A stretch of 64,000 nt of DNA, from the NCBI GenBank assembly GCA_958296235.1, contig OY282457.1, positions 635,769 to 699,768 of the forward strand. The letters are read 5' to 3'. The translations under genes were made by a program, and so were the position numbers. A model generated the notes under the pieces. The model searched no databases. It was not told where the DNA came from and saw only the letters and a list, made by a program, of their open reading frames with translations. The DNA comes from an uncultured Candidatus Binatia bacterium. GTDB taxonomy: Bacteria > Desulfobacterota > Binatia > Bin18. Shown piece by piece: positions 35,217-45,221 of the stretch (the stretch's first letter is position 1; each line of letters begins with the position of its first letter).

Positions 35217-36086
35217 TTACTTTGCCTTGTATTTGTAGGCAAGGCGTAAGAGTTCTTTGAGGATTTCGGCGCTGGAATGGATGTCGTCCTCCTTCAATTG
35301 AAGACGATAGCGGCGGCCCTTGTACTTAAGCGTAGTAAACCCAGCGTTCTCTATTTTCTCGTCAAGTTCGTCGGTACGTGGCAATTTAATCCTGACGGTG
35401 ATCTTATCTTTCAGCGGCTTGAACCACACAAAATTGTAAGGTCGGCCGTCCTTCTCGATGCCGATGTACTGTTTGTTGTATTTCAGGCTCAGGCTTGAGT
35501 CGATTTCACGCATGATATCTAGCATTTGGTCGGCCAAGGCGACGGTCTTCGTCGCGCGCTTCTCCCAATAAGCCCGGTCGGTCGGCGCGGCCTGGGCAGC
35601 CTCATCGTCGTCATCGACGAGGCCACGTTCCAACTCATCCATCACCTTGGTGAACACGACAGTCATATTTTCGCCGACCTGAACCGCCTGCATCTGGATG
35701 GCGATCAGCGGAAGTGCGCCGTTGAAAAGCGATATGACGTTAAAAAAGCGGCTCGTAATATCTTCCGCAACGATCACTGCGCAGTGGTCGTACTGCGGGT
35801 AATGCCTTTTCTCGATGTCCCAGTACTCAATTGTCCTGATGATGTGCGACTCGTCTGTTGCCCCGAGCTGAATTTCAACCTCGTATCGCCGCGCCGTCTC
35901 GGTGTCCTCAAGTAGTAGGTCAAGCCTTCCTGCGTGAGGCTGTCTCCGTTCCCTGTCCCGCAGGAACAGATCGCCTAATCCGAGAACTGATGGATCGTCC
36001 TCGATGAGATTCTGGATCCATCTCTCTTTCAAGGTCGGATGCTTTTTAAGAGAGAAGGGTTCCGGTTTCAGATAGTTGTTATTCAT
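35217..36086 (-). CDS. Hypothetical protein with PD-(D/E)xK-like nuclease core plus a conserved C-terminal domain, inserted between hyuB and hyuA
   Basis: GRLDLLLED ... YEVEIQLG resembles D...(D/E)xK. C-terminal YIGIEKDGRPYNFVWFKPLKDKITVRIKL...TLKYKGRRYRLQL block. By eye, GC is lower than the neighbours. Start ATG 36086 (MNNNYLK). ORF-track start 36191 would overlap hyuB. Confidence 0.5.
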   Translation of the reverse strand: MNNNYLKPEPFSLKKHPTLKERWIQNLIEDDPSVLGLGDLFLRDRERRQPHAGRLDLLLEDTETARRYEVEIQLGATDESHIIRTIEYWDIEKRHYPQYDHCAVIVAEDITSRFFNVISLFNGALPLIAIQMQAVQVGENMTVVFTKVMDELERGLVDDDDEAAQAAPTDRAYWEKRATKTVALADQMLDIMREIDSSLSLKYNKQYIGIEKDGRPYNFVWFKPLKDKITVRIKLPRTDELDEKIENAGFTTLKYKGRRYRLQLKEDDIHSSAEILKELLRLAYKYKAK

Positions 36087-36206
36087 TACACCAGCCCTAC
36101 TTCCCAGCTGCGAGTTTGCACAGGGCAAGGTTGGCGGTTTCGTATTCAGACATGCTGCGTTTCCTTCTGGCGTCTTGCCGGCTTCTTTCACCGCTGACTG
36201 CGCCGT

Positions 36207-37931
36207 TCATTTTCCGACCGCGAGTTTGCGCGGCTCGTCCGCTTCGACCCGGACGCCGTACTCTTCCCAGGCGGCCTGGACGGACACGAAGCCGTTGCGT
36301 ACGTCTTCGAGCACCTTGGCCCGGTCGCGTTCACGCGGGTCGCCCACGCCGCCGCCGCCGGGGTTCTGGTTGGCGAAACGCTCGCCCGGCTCGATTTCGG
36401 CGATCCGGTTGGTCTTGATCTCCTCGATATTGCCGTCTTTCTTGTAATACAGCGCCCGTCCCACCTTGGGTTCGCACAGCGTCGAGGCCGCGCCGAGCGC
36501 GCCCTGGGCCGGGTAGCGCCGTCCTTCGCCAAACATGACAACCGTCATGGGGTCGTGGAGCGGTTCGACTTCCCAGTGCGTGCCCGAGCCGCCGCGCAGT
36601 TTCCCGGCCCCGCCCGAGTCCGTCATCAGGCCGTAGCGGTGAATGATAATCGGATATTGGTATTCAAGAATTTCAATATCGCCGCTTGTTAAGGCGCCAA
36701 AACAGCACTGCGGACCCACGGCCGGCCAGCCGTCCGTCTTATGCGAGGCGCCGCCACCGCTGATAATCGTCGCCAGGATCATGGACACGTATTCTTCGCC
36801 CGAGCGGTAATCCTGCCCGGCAATATTCAGTCCGTTTGAATGTCCCCAGGAAGCCACCGCCTTTTCGGGCAGGGCTTGTTCGAGCGCCATACGCACAGCA
36901 TCCGTAATCGACTCTGACGGGGTGGTTGTACAGTTGGCGTGCGGCGCCGGTTCCTGGGCGTTGGTAAGGGTGCCTTCCGGGCCGACATCAACACTAATAG
37001 GCCGATACAGCCCCTCGTTATACGGCGGGGGCAGTTGGGCGAACATCATCACCCCGAGATACACCCCGGACAGCGAGTTGGCCGCATAGGAATTGATGAA
37101 ATACGGAATCTGGGGCGGGCTCGCCAGCGCAACGGCCATAGTGTCGCCAGCGACCTCAACGGTCGCCGCAATCTCGATATCACCATAGCCATGCCCAGCG
37201 TCTTCGAGCACGGATTTCCCGTGATAGGTTCCGTCAGGAATAGCGCGGATAAATGCCCGCATCTGGTGTTCGGCCAATTCGAGCAATTCCGCCATACAGG
37301 CCATGACCATATCTTTGCCGTATTTCTCCAGCAGACCGAGCAGGTTGCGTTCGCCAATTGTGACCGCGGCAAGCTGGGCGCGCATATCGCCGGCCTGGAG
37401 TCGGCGGGAGCGGACATTGGTCAGAATAAAATTCACCACATCGCGTCGCTCTGTTCCGCGGTCCCGTATTTTCAGCGGCGGAATACGCAGGCCCTCGGCA
37501 TAAATCTCTTTGGCCTCGGGGTTATAGCCGGCGGGCACCGGGCCGCCGATGTCGGTGACATGGCCTTTGCTGACCGTCCAGAACACGAGTTCGTCCTGGT
37601 AGAAGACCGGCTTGTACATGCAGCAGTCAACAATATGGGAGCCGCTCCAGGCCGGATCGTTATGATAGAACACATCACCGGGATGGATATCGTCACCGAA
37701 ATAGCCGGCAACAGTCCGCAGGGCCGGCATGAGGGAGCCTAGATGAATAGGGATATCCTGGCCTTGCAGAATCATCTCGCCGGAGCCGAGAAACAGGGCG
37801 TTGGAGTAATCGCGCGCAATATTAAAAACGGACGAGCGCGATGTTTTCTCAATGGTCAGCGTCATCTCACGCTGGGTTGATTCAAGCATGCCCTGGACAA
37901 CGGCCAGGGTAATGGGGTCGGTCTTTGCCAT
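36207..37931 (-). CDS. hyuB: Hydantoinase B/oxoprolinase (HyuB family)
   Basis: 574 aa, MAKTDPITLAVVQGMLEST... Confidence 0.85.
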   Translation of the reverse strand: MAKTDPITLAVVQGMLESTQREMTLTIEKTSRSSVFNIARDYSNALFLGSGEMILQGQDIPIHLGSLMPALRTVAGYFGDDIHPGDVFYHNDPAWSGSHIVDCCMYKPVFYQDELVFWTVSKGHVTDIGGPVPAGYNPEAKEIYAEGLRIPPLKIRDRGTERRDVVNFILTNVRSRRLQAGDMRAQLAAVTIGERNLLGLLEKYGKDMVMACMAELLELAEHQMRAFIRAIPDGTYHGKSVLEDAGHGYGDIEIAATVEVAGDTMAVALASPPQIPYFINSYAANSLSGVYLGVMMFAQLPPPYNEGLYRPISVDVGPEGTLTNAQEPAPHANCTTTPSESITDAVRMALEQALPEKAVASWGHSNGLNIAGQDYRSGEEYVSMILATIISGGGASHKTDGWPAVGPQCCFGALTSGDIEILEYQYPIIIHRYGLMTDSGGAGKLRGGSGTHWEVEPLHDPMTVVMFGEGRRYPAQGALGAASTLCEPKVGRALYYKKDGNIEEIKTNRIAEIEPGERFANQNPGGGGVGDPRERDRAKVLEDVRNGFVSVQAAWEEYGVRVEADEPRKLAVGK

Positions 37932-38108
37932 ACTATCCTCTCGTGTCGCGCGTGTTCTTTTGCCGATGAAGAACGGTCTCTCCGCGTCGTGAGCAACATA
38001 GCCAGCCAGCCCCTCCTCAGCAAGCCGTATTTGGCACGCTGGGCGAGTTTCTGCTATCTCCTCAGAAGGAAAACAACCCCTTAGAAAGAAAACAACAAGG
38101 AGGACGAC

Positions 38109-38870
38109 ATGGGCCGTTTAGACGGAAAAGTCGCTATCATTACCGGCGCCGCGCGCGGCCAAGGCGCGGTGGCCGCCCAGACCTTTGCCCAAGAAGGCGC
38201 TTCGCTGGTAATCAGCGATATCCTGCCAGAGATCGAACACACCGCCACGCATATTCCCTCGGCAGGAGCCCGAGTCGCATGGGTCCGGGCTGACACCGCG
38301 GACGCGGACGGGATCAAGGCGGTGGTCGAAAAAGCCATTTCAGCCTTTGGTCGCATCGATATTTTATATAACAATGCCGGGGTCATCCTGGGCAAACCGT
38401 TTCAGGAAACGACTCTGGAAGAGTGGGAACGCATCATTCGGATCGATCTGACCGGACCGTTCTTGATGAGCCAGGCAGTGGTCGCGCATATGGAGAAACA
38501 ACACCGCGGCTCGATTATTAATATTTCATCAGCCGGTGGCATTCTGGGCTATCCGCAGATGTCGGCCTATGGGGCGGCCAAAGGCGGGCTGGTGAATCTG
38601 ACGCGCTGTATGGCGGTGGACCTGGCTGCGTATAATATTCGGGTCAATGCCATTTGTCCGGGCGCGATCGACACCCCCATGCCGCGCGAATACATCAAGG
38701 ACATGGAGAATAAAGAGGCCGTGTGGCAACAAATTGCAGACGCGCATCTGCTCAAGCGCTTTGGGAACTCGCACGAAGTGGTCTCCTTAGCCCTCTATCT
38801 GGCCTCGGATGAGGCCAGCTTCATGACAGGCGCGGTCATTCCGGTTGATGGCGGCCACAGTGCGCATTAG
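38109..38870 (+). CDS. Short-chain dehydrogenase/reductase (SDR)
   Basis: GKVAIITGAARGQG, NNAG, catalytic S...YxxxK (YGAAK). Confidence 0.85.
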   Translation: MGRLDGKVAIITGAARGQGAVAAQTFAQEGASLVISDILPEIEHTATHIPSAGARVAWVRADTADADGIKAVVEKAISAFGRIDILYNNAGVILGKPFQETTLEEWERIIRIDLTGPFLMSQAVVAHMEKQHRGSIINISSAGGILGYPQMSAYGAAKGGLVNLTRCMAVDLAAYNIRVNAICPGAIDTPMPREYIKDMENKEAVWQQIADAHLLKRFGNSHEVVSLALYLASDEASFMTGAVIPVDGGHSAH

Positions 38871-39030
38871 GCCCTTCGACTTCGCTCCGCTACGCTCAGG
38901 GTGAACGGGCTTGTAGGGGCAGCCCCCTGTGGCTGCCCTTCTCTTCTCGGGCCGAGGGCAGGCAGAGGGAGTTGATTCGACACAGCCCGGCAGGATACTG
39001 TCTGCCTCTACTCGAAATGAGCGCGCCAGC

Positions 39031-39972
39031 ATGATCGAAGCCTCAGGTCTGACCAAACTCTACGGCACGTTTCGCGCCGTCTCAGCGGTGAGTTTTTCCG
39101 TTGAGCACGGAGAGATCGTCGGTCTGCTCGGCCCAAACGGAGCCGGCAAGTCTACGACCATCCGCATGCTGGCCTGTATTCTGTCGCCGACCACGGGCAC
39201 GGCCAGCGTTGCCGGCCATAGCGTGCTGAGCGAATCGCTGGCCGTCAGACGCCAGCTCGGCTATATGCCGGAACACATCTCGCTCTACCCGGAGATGGAG
39301 GTCGCCACCTATCTCGATTTTGTGGGCAAGCTCAAAGGGTTAGGCGGTACGGCGCGGCGGGTCCGCGTGTCCCAGGTCATTGAAGAGTTGGACCTCGGCT
39401 CTGTCATCCGCGTCTACATCGGCACGCTCTCAAAAGGCTACCGTCAACGTGTCGGCTTGGCCCAGGCCATGCTGCACGACCCCAGCGTGCTCATTCTCGA
39501 TGAGCCGACTATCGGCCTCGACCCCGAGCAGGCGGCCGAGTTTCGCCAGCTCATACGCGGCATGCGGGGGAATCGGACGGTCTTGCTGTCCACGCATATT
39601 TTGCCTGAAGTGCGGATGACGTGTGATCGGGTGATGATCCTGGCCAGAGGCCAGTTGCTGGCCCTGGATACCCCAGACAACCTGACCCTGCGGCTGCGCG
39701 ATGCGAGTGAGATTGTCGCCCATATTGACGGCCCGCAAGCCGAAGTGGCAGCGCTCCTGCATCGCCTGCCGGGTGTCCACGGGGTCCAGGTGACCTCTCA
39801 GGAGAGGGGTGGTCCGACCGCCTATACGGTGCGCGCCGCTCAGCACGAGGACGTCCGGCCCAGCATTGTGGAAGCCGTGTCCGGGCGCGGCTGGCGCTTA
39901 TTTGAACTCCGCGCTCGGGAGATGGACCTTGAGGAGATCTTCCACCGGGTGGTCGATCAGCCGCAGCCATAG
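39031..39972 (+). CDS. ABC transporter ATP-binding protein (ABC-2/gliding-motility GldA-like type)
   Basis: Walker A GPNGAGKST, signature LSKGYRQR, Walker B ILDEPT. Start MIEASGL at 39031. Confidence 0.85.
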   Translation: MIEASGLTKLYGTFRAVSAVSFSVEHGEIVGLLGPNGAGKSTTIRMLACILSPTTGTASVAGHSVLSESLAVRRQLGYMPEHISLYPEMEVATYLDFVGKLKGLGGTARRVRVSQVIEELDLGSVIRVYIGTLSKGYRQRVGLAQAMLHDPSVLILDEPTIGLDPEQAAEFRQLIRGMRGNRTVLLSTHILPEVRMTCDRVMILARGQLLALDTPDNLTLRLRDASEIVAHIDGPQAEVAALLHRLPGVHGVQVTSQERGGPTAYTVRAAQHEDVRPSIVEAVSGRGWRLFELRAREMDLEEIFHRVVDQPQP

Positions 39973-39997
39973 AGAACAGCATCAATGAGCCCAAGGT

Positions 39998-42214
39998 ATG
40001 GTTCTCCGCGCGATTTTTATTAAAGAATTACGGGCGTATTTTGGCCTGTTTCTGGCATATGCCATTGTGGCGGTTGCCCTGGCCTTGTCCGGCTTCTTCT
40101 TTTACACCGACATCAGCTTCTTTATGATGTGGGGCGGCCAGAACCTGGAGCGGGGTCTGTGGGAATTCTTTTTCCACGACCTCCGCTATGTCCTGCTGCT
40201 GCTCGTCCCGGCCATCACCGCGCGCTCGTTTGCGGAAGAAAAAAAACTCGGCACCCTCGACCTGTTATGGACTTACCCGATCCCGGAGAGCAGCGTTTTA
40301 CTGGGTAAATTCTTGGCTGCCGCCACGCTGCTGCTGGTCGTTCTGGGGCTGACCCTGCTGTATCCTCTCGTCCTCTCGTGGTGGCATCCTGCTGTGTATT
40401 GGCCAGCCTTGCTGCCGGGCTATGTCGGCCTGCTGCTTATTGGCCTGGTGTTTATCAGTGTCGGCCTGCTCTTATCGGCCCTCACCGACAGCCAGGCGAT
40501 TGCGGCCATGGCAACCCTCGGCGTCCTGGTCCTGTTCTGGTCGCTGACGTGGAACGAGCAGGCCGTGAGTGAAGCCTGGCTTCAGTTCCTGCTGCAAATT
40601 TCACTCTTTGATCGCTTTTACAATTTCGCCCGAGGCGCGATTGATAGCCAGGAAATCACCTTTTTTCTCTTCTTCTTCTCCTTTTTTTTATTACTGACCT
40701 GGCAGGCCCTGCGCGCGCGGCGGTGGCATGGCAAGGGTGAATTCTCCTCGGTGCGGACGTTTCTGGCCACGCCGAGCCGAAAGCAGTGGGTCACGGTGGC
40801 TGTGCTTGATCTGCTGATTCTGCTCGGTCTGGTCGGTCTCCAAACGCTCTCCATTCGGAATAATCTGCGCTGGGACTTCACCCCCACACAGACCTTATCC
40901 CTCTCAAAGCAGACCAGAAGCCTGCTGGCCGACCTGGACAAAGACGCGCTGCTGACCTTGTTTTTTGGTGGCTCTCCAGATGCGTATCAACGCTATGAGG
41001 ATGTGCTCAAGCGCTTTACCGCGGAAAATTCCTACTTCCAGTATCGCATCCTGCACCGGGACCGGAACGTGGGGCTGGCCCGGCAGTACGGAGCGACCCA
41101 TTACGGCACCGCGGTGCTCGAATACGACGGGCAGCAGAAATTGTTGCCGGGCGCGGGCGAGCCGACCATTACCGAGGCCCTGTTTCAGTTTCTCCGAAAA
41201 GAGCAAAAGACCGTTTATTTTGTTGGCGGCCACGGCGAAAAAGACCCGCGCAGCGGTCAACCGCAGTTGGGCTATAGCGAGGCCGCTTCCGCTTTACGCA
41301 ACGAAAACTTTATTGTCCGTCCCGTCTTCCTGGCGCGGACCGAGCGCGTCCCCGAGGACGCCGCCCTCGTCGTGGTCAGCGGCCCGCAGACTGACCTCTT
41401 GCCGGACGAGCTTGAGCGTCTTGGCCGCTATCTCTCGGCAGGCGGGAGTCTGCTCTTCATGCTCGACCCCCTGTCGGCGCCGAACCTGACCGCTTTCCTC
41501 GCCCAATACGGGGTACGGCTCGCTCAGGATGTTGTCTATGATCCGCAGAACAGACTCTTTGGCGGCGACGCGCTGAGCCCGCTGGTGTCGCTGTATAATA
41601 CCGAGGTCGAGATTGTAAAAGACTTCCAGGTCGGCACCATTTTTCCTCTCTCCCGTTCGGTTGAGCCGGCCGACCCGCTGCCGAGCGGCGTGCTCTCAGC
41701 CCAGCCGTTCTGCCGCACCGGACCGGGAGCCTGGGCTCGCTTTCGCGTTGGAGCCGCATCACCCGAAGGCGCGGTGGACTTTGAAGGCACAAAAGCCCGA
41801 CCGGGGCCGATCTCCCTGGCAGTGGCGGCCACGATTCGCCGAGACCAGCCGGGCAGTCTGAATCCGTCGGACCAGCCCACCAACGGGACTGCGCCACCCG
41901 CCGGCAAAGACCAGGCCGCGGCGCCCGCGGCCCGGCTGGTTGTGTATGGAGACAGCGATTTTGCCAGCAATGCCCGGCTGTCTTTGCTGGGGAATAGAGA
42001 CCTCTTCCTCAACACGGTGCAATGGCTGGCGCAGGACGAGAAGTTTATTACCGAACGCCCTCGGGACGCCTCCATTCAGCGGAAAATTTCTACCCTGGTG
42101 CTTACCACGGAACAGACGCGGCAGCTCTTCCTTATCACCATTGTTGCCGAGCCCGGCGTGATTCTTCTGCTTGGCGGGCTGGTCTCCCTGTATCGACGCA
42201 GACACCGGCGCTAG
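39998..42214 (+). CDS. Fused ABC-2 permease (6 TM) + GldG-like auxiliary domain with C-terminal TM anchor
   Basis: 738 aa. N-terminal ABC-2 permease, central and C-terminal ABC_transp_aux/GldG-like region, terminal TM helix and RRRHRR. Confidence 0.7.
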   Translation: MVLRAIFIKELRAYFGLFLAYAIVAVALALSGFFFYTDISFFMMWGGQNLERGLWEFFFHDLRYVLLLLVPAITARSFAEEKKLGTLDLLWTYPIPESSVLLGKFLAAATLLLVVLGLTLLYPLVLSWWHPAVYWPALLPGYVGLLLIGLVFISVGLLLSALTDSQAIAAMATLGVLVLFWSLTWNEQAVSEAWLQFLLQISLFDRFYNFARGAIDSQEITFFLFFFSFFLLLTWQALRARRWHGKGEFSSVRTFLATPSRKQWVTVAVLDLLILLGLVGLQTLSIRNNLRWDFTPTQTLSLSKQTRSLLADLDKDALLTLFFGGSPDAYQRYEDVLKRFTAENSYFQYRILHRDRNVGLARQYGATHYGTAVLEYDGQQKLLPGAGEPTITEALFQFLRKEQKTVYFVGGHGEKDPRSGQPQLGYSEAASALRNENFIVRPVFLARTERVPEDAALVVVSGPQTDLLPDELERLGRYLSAGGSLLFMLDPLSAPNLTAFLAQYGVRLAQDVVYDPQNRLFGGDALSPLVSLYNTEVEIVKDFQVGTIFPLSRSVEPADPLPSGVLSAQPFCRTGPGAWARFRVGAASPEGAVDFEGTKARPGPISLAVAATIRRDQPGSLNPSDQPTNGTAPPAGKDQAAAPAARLVVYGDSDFASNARLSLLGNRDLFLNTVQWLAQDEKFITERPRDASIQRKISTLVLTTEQTRQLFLITIVAEPGVILLLGGLVSLYRRRHRR

Positions 42215-42262
42215 ACAGGAAAGCCGCCATAAGACGGACCTCGTGAATCCGCTCGACAGGGA

Positions 42263-42886
42263 TTATTCGTCGGCTGTGGCTGGTCTGACGCGCCATTCGG
42301 TCAGCCATAAACTGACCCGGCCCTGGCGCGGGCCAGCCTCGCCGCCCAACCCGCCCAGAAGGGTAAACGACTCATCCCGCTGCACCATACCCACCCCAGG
42401 GGCGTACAGCGTCACGGCCTTGGCTTGGCCATTGCGGCTCCAAAAGGTGATCTCGATACAGTCTTCAAATACGCCCGCCGGCACCGCGGCAAGCGCCTGC
42501 GTCGCAGTAATTTCGTAGCGTCCGGCAGACGTTTGCCAGGTCGCCCCCAGTATGAGCGGCGGTTTGAGGATGAACTGCGGCTGCCCGTCTTCGGACGCGG
42601 TGTCGCTCGGCTGCATCACCACCCCGGCAGACGAGGCGGAGACAAACTCCGCAGGAGCGTCCCTGGCCAGGAGACTCTGCTGAATACGCAGCACATAGCC
42701 CGGCCCTTTTCGGCTGACCACCTCCCAGGTCTCGGTCACGGGGCTTGTTGGAGTACCTTCGCTCGACTCGTACTGCCAGCGGTTTGCCAGCACGAGGGGG
42801 AAATAGTCGCCAGGGCGTTCGGCCGCTTGGCCGACCCCTCCGGTCAGCAGCAGGGCCCCGGTCCACAAGGAAAATAAACGCCGCAT
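42263..42886 (-). CDS. Secreted hypothetical protein
   Basis: Signal peptide MRRLFSLWTGALLLTGGVGQA. No recognisable domain. Confidence 0.45.
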   Translation of the reverse strand: MRRLFSLWTGALLLTGGVGQAAERPGDYFPLVLANRWQYESSEGTPTSPVTETWEVVSRKGPGYVLRIQQSLLARDAPAEFVSASSAGVVMQPSDTASEDGQPQFILKPPLILGATWQTSAGRYEITATQALAAVPAGVFEDCIEITFWSRNGQAKAVTLYAPGVGMVQRDESFTLLGGLGGEAGPRQGRVSLWLTEWRVRPATADE

Positions 42887-42946
42887 AGGAGAAGAGAACT
42901 GCCTGGAGCATTGCGCGCCAGAGCGTTTTACGCCGCTGTGCAGCTA

Positions 42947-43066
42947 CTCGTCATTCCGGCGCAAGCCGGCATCCAGGCCCGCTGTCCCCCCCCGATGGAG
43001 GCCGGATCAGATCCGGCATGACAAGCGCCTCACGACAGGGCTACAACCTGGCGTAAACTGCCCTAG
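42947..43066. repeat. MITE-like element, family C copy 2
   Basis: See 23329-23450. Its terminal ccctag overlaps the TAG stop of the adjacent LLM gene. Confidence 0.6.
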
Positions 43067-43935
43067 CCCATCATCTTTTCCGCAAAGTCTTCGAGAGCCG
43101 TGAGCGTCTTATGGGTATCAGCCGTCGTCATAAACAAGATCAATTCCTGCACGCCCAGCGCGCTGAGCTGAGGAATGACCTCTGGCTTGCGGAGCAAGGG
43201 GCCGGCGGCGCTCAGGGCCGAGACGGACAGGTCGGCATAGTCTCGTCCGCGTTCAGCCATGAGGGCGGTGAGTTGAGGAACGCTTTTTGACAGCGCCTTG
43301 AGGGAGGCCGTGCCAGGCTGCCAACCGTCGCCCAAGTCGGCCACCCGCCTGAGGGCTGGCAGACTCTCCCCGCCGAAAATAATGGGCGGATGCGGCTTCT
43401 GGACCGGCAGGGGAACGGTGTGGATATCTGAAAAGGTGAGGAACTCGCCGGAGAAGCTCGTGGGCTCGGCCTGCCAGACCGCTTTCATGATGTGCAGATA
43501 TTCTCGGGTTTGCCGCGCCCGTTGAGCAAAGTCTTCTCCTAAAGCGTCGAACTCTTCTTTGAGCCAGCCGACGCCAACCCCAAATTGAAAACGACCGTGC
43601 GACAAGAGATCAACGGTGGCGACCGCCTTGGCAACCGCGAGCGGATTTCGATAGGGAATGACGATGACGCTCGTGCCCAGCAGAATCCGCGAGGTGGCCA
43701 GGGCCAGACCGCCGAGCATAACAAAGGGGTCGGGGAACGGAGCCCGCCGTGGAAAGCCGGCCGCCCCGTCCGCCGAATAGGGATAGGCCGCCTCAATTTT
43801 TTCCGGGATCACAATATGGTCTCCCAGCCAGAGCGAGTGATAGCCACACGCTTCCGCCTTTTGGGCAACCTGGATATAATCGTCTGCCTCGGGATTCGCG
43901 TTGACGCCAATAGAATAGTGAACGCCGAATTTCAT
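43063..43935 (-). CDS. LLM-class F420-dependent oxidoreductase
   Basis: 290 aa, MKFGVHYSIG..., GYHSLWLGDH. Confidence 0.8.
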   Translation of the reverse strand: MKFGVHYSIGVNANPEADDYIQVAQKAEACGYHSLWLGDHIVIPEKIEAAYPYSADGAAGFPRRAPFPDPFVMLGGLALATSRILLGTSVIVIPYRNPLAVAKAVATVDLLSHGRFQFGVGVGWLKEEFDALGEDFAQRARQTREYLHIMKAVWQAEPTSFSGEFLTFSDIHTVPLPVQKPHPPIIFGGESLPALRRVADLGDGWQPGTASLKALSKSVPQLTALMAERGRDYADLSVSALSAAGPLLRKPEVIPQLSALGVQELILFMTTADTHKTLTALEDFAEKMMG

Positions 43936-44052
43936 GCCGGTCCTCCTCCTGCTGTACCGTCCGGGTCATACCCATCATATCCCTGCCATTGACGCAAAGG
44001 CCACGGCGCGTCATCGTGGAGGCAGCGACACCCACCACAGAGAGGCCAGCGC

Positions 44053-44940
44053 ATGGATGGTGCTATCGATATCGTCTGTAACCTTTTCACCCCCCAAGAA
44101 GTCCAGCAGGGCCAGACCGGAGTGGATGAGCATTTTCTCGACCAGGTCCGGTTTCCACCCCAGTTACGGCCCGGCGTACCGCTGGAGACCTATCTGGAGA
44201 AAATGGACCGCGCCCGGATTCAGCGCTCCCTGCTGATTGCGGTGCGGGCCGGCGACCTGCGCATCACCGGCTCATTCGAGATTCCGTATGCCCGGGTGGC
44301 CGACATCTGTCAGCGCTACCCGGACCGCTTTTCCGGTCTGGCCGGGGTTGATCCCACCCGGGGGATGCAGGGTCTGCGCGACCTGGAATACGCGGTCAAG
44401 GAGTATGGATTTGTGGGCGCCCATCTCTACCCGCACTGGTTTGGCCTGCCGCCCGACCATGCCCGCTATTATCCCATTTATGCCAAGTGCTGCGAGCTGG
44501 AGATTCCGATTATGATGCAGGTCGGCCACTGCCTGCGCTATCAGCGCGAGCGGATTCTGCCGAGTGTTGGCCGACCGATTACGCTGGATCAGATTGCCAT
44601 TGATTTTCCTGAGCTGACGCTCATCGGGATTCATCTGGGATATCCCTGGACTGAGGAAATGATCTCGGTGGCCTGGAAGCATGAGCATGTCTATATCGGC
44701 TCCGATGCCTATGCGCCGCGCCATTGGCCGGAGTCTTTTGTCCATTTCATCAATACTTGGGGCAAAGACAAAGTCCTGTTCGGAACGGACTGGCCGGTGA
44801 TTGACCCCGAACGGGCCATCACAGAGATCGAGGCGCTTGAACTCAGGCCGGAATCAAAGCAGAAGCTCTTGCGCGACACGGCTCTGCGGCTGTTCCGCCT
44901 GCCCGAGTCGCCGACGGCAACGGAGCGCCGTCACTCTTGA
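44053..44940 (+). CDS. Amidohydrolase-2 family hydrolase
   Basis: IDIVCNLFTP N-terminus, HLYPHW, MMQVGHC blocks. Confidence 0.7.
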   Translation: MDGAIDIVCNLFTPQEVQQGQTGVDEHFLDQVRFPPQLRPGVPLETYLEKMDRARIQRSLLIAVRAGDLRITGSFEIPYARVADICQRYPDRFSGLAGVDPTRGMQGLRDLEYAVKEYGFVGAHLYPHWFGLPPDHARYYPIYAKCCELEIPIMMQVGHCLRYQRERILPSVGRPITLDQIAIDFPELTLIGIHLGYPWTEEMISVAWKHEHVYIGSDAYAPRHWPESFVHFINTWGKDKVLFGTDWPVIDPERAITEIEALELRPESKQKLLRDTALRLFRLPESPTATERRHS

Positions 44941-44945
44941 CTCAG

Positions 44946-44963
44946 GTATAACCACAGTTATAC
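44946..44963. promoter_or_regulatory. Inverted repeat GTATAAC-caca-GTTATAC immediately upstream of the RHH antitoxin gene (putative operator/-10 region)
   Basis: Read directly from the sequence, 10 bp upstream of ATG 44973. Confidence 0.45.
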
Positions 44964-44972
44964 TTCATCCGT

Positions 44973-45221
44973 ATGAAAACAGCGATTTCGATTCCGGCTC
45001 CCATCTTCCATGCCGCCGAACAACTCGCGCAACGCAACGGGGTGTCTCGGAGTGAATTATATACGAGGGCGATTGCCACCTATCTCAAAGCGCATCAAGG
45101 AGACGGTGTGACGCAACGCCTCGACGAAGTCTATGCCATGCAGGAGTCTGCGACATCCGCTCCGATTGATCCGGTGATTCACGCCTTGCAGCGCCGATCT
45201 CTGCCTCAAGAAGAATGGTAG
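44973..45221 (+). CDS. Ribbon-helix-helix (CopG/MazE-like) antitoxin
   Basis: 82 aa, MKTAISIPAPIFHAAEQLAQRNGVSRSELYTRAIATYL, typical RHH. 7-bp overlap with the downstream toxin. Confidence 0.7.
   Translation: MKTAISIPAPIFHAAEQLAQRNGVSRSELYTRAIATYLKAHQGDGVTQRLDEVYAMQESATSAPIDPVIHALQRRSLPQEEW

Noticed and set aside
36188-36541. 117-aa minus ORF and several plus ORFs rich in Arg/Pro at the hyuB 3' end
   Set aside because: Frame-shifted shadows within hyuB. RP-rich composition typical of GC-rich off-frames.
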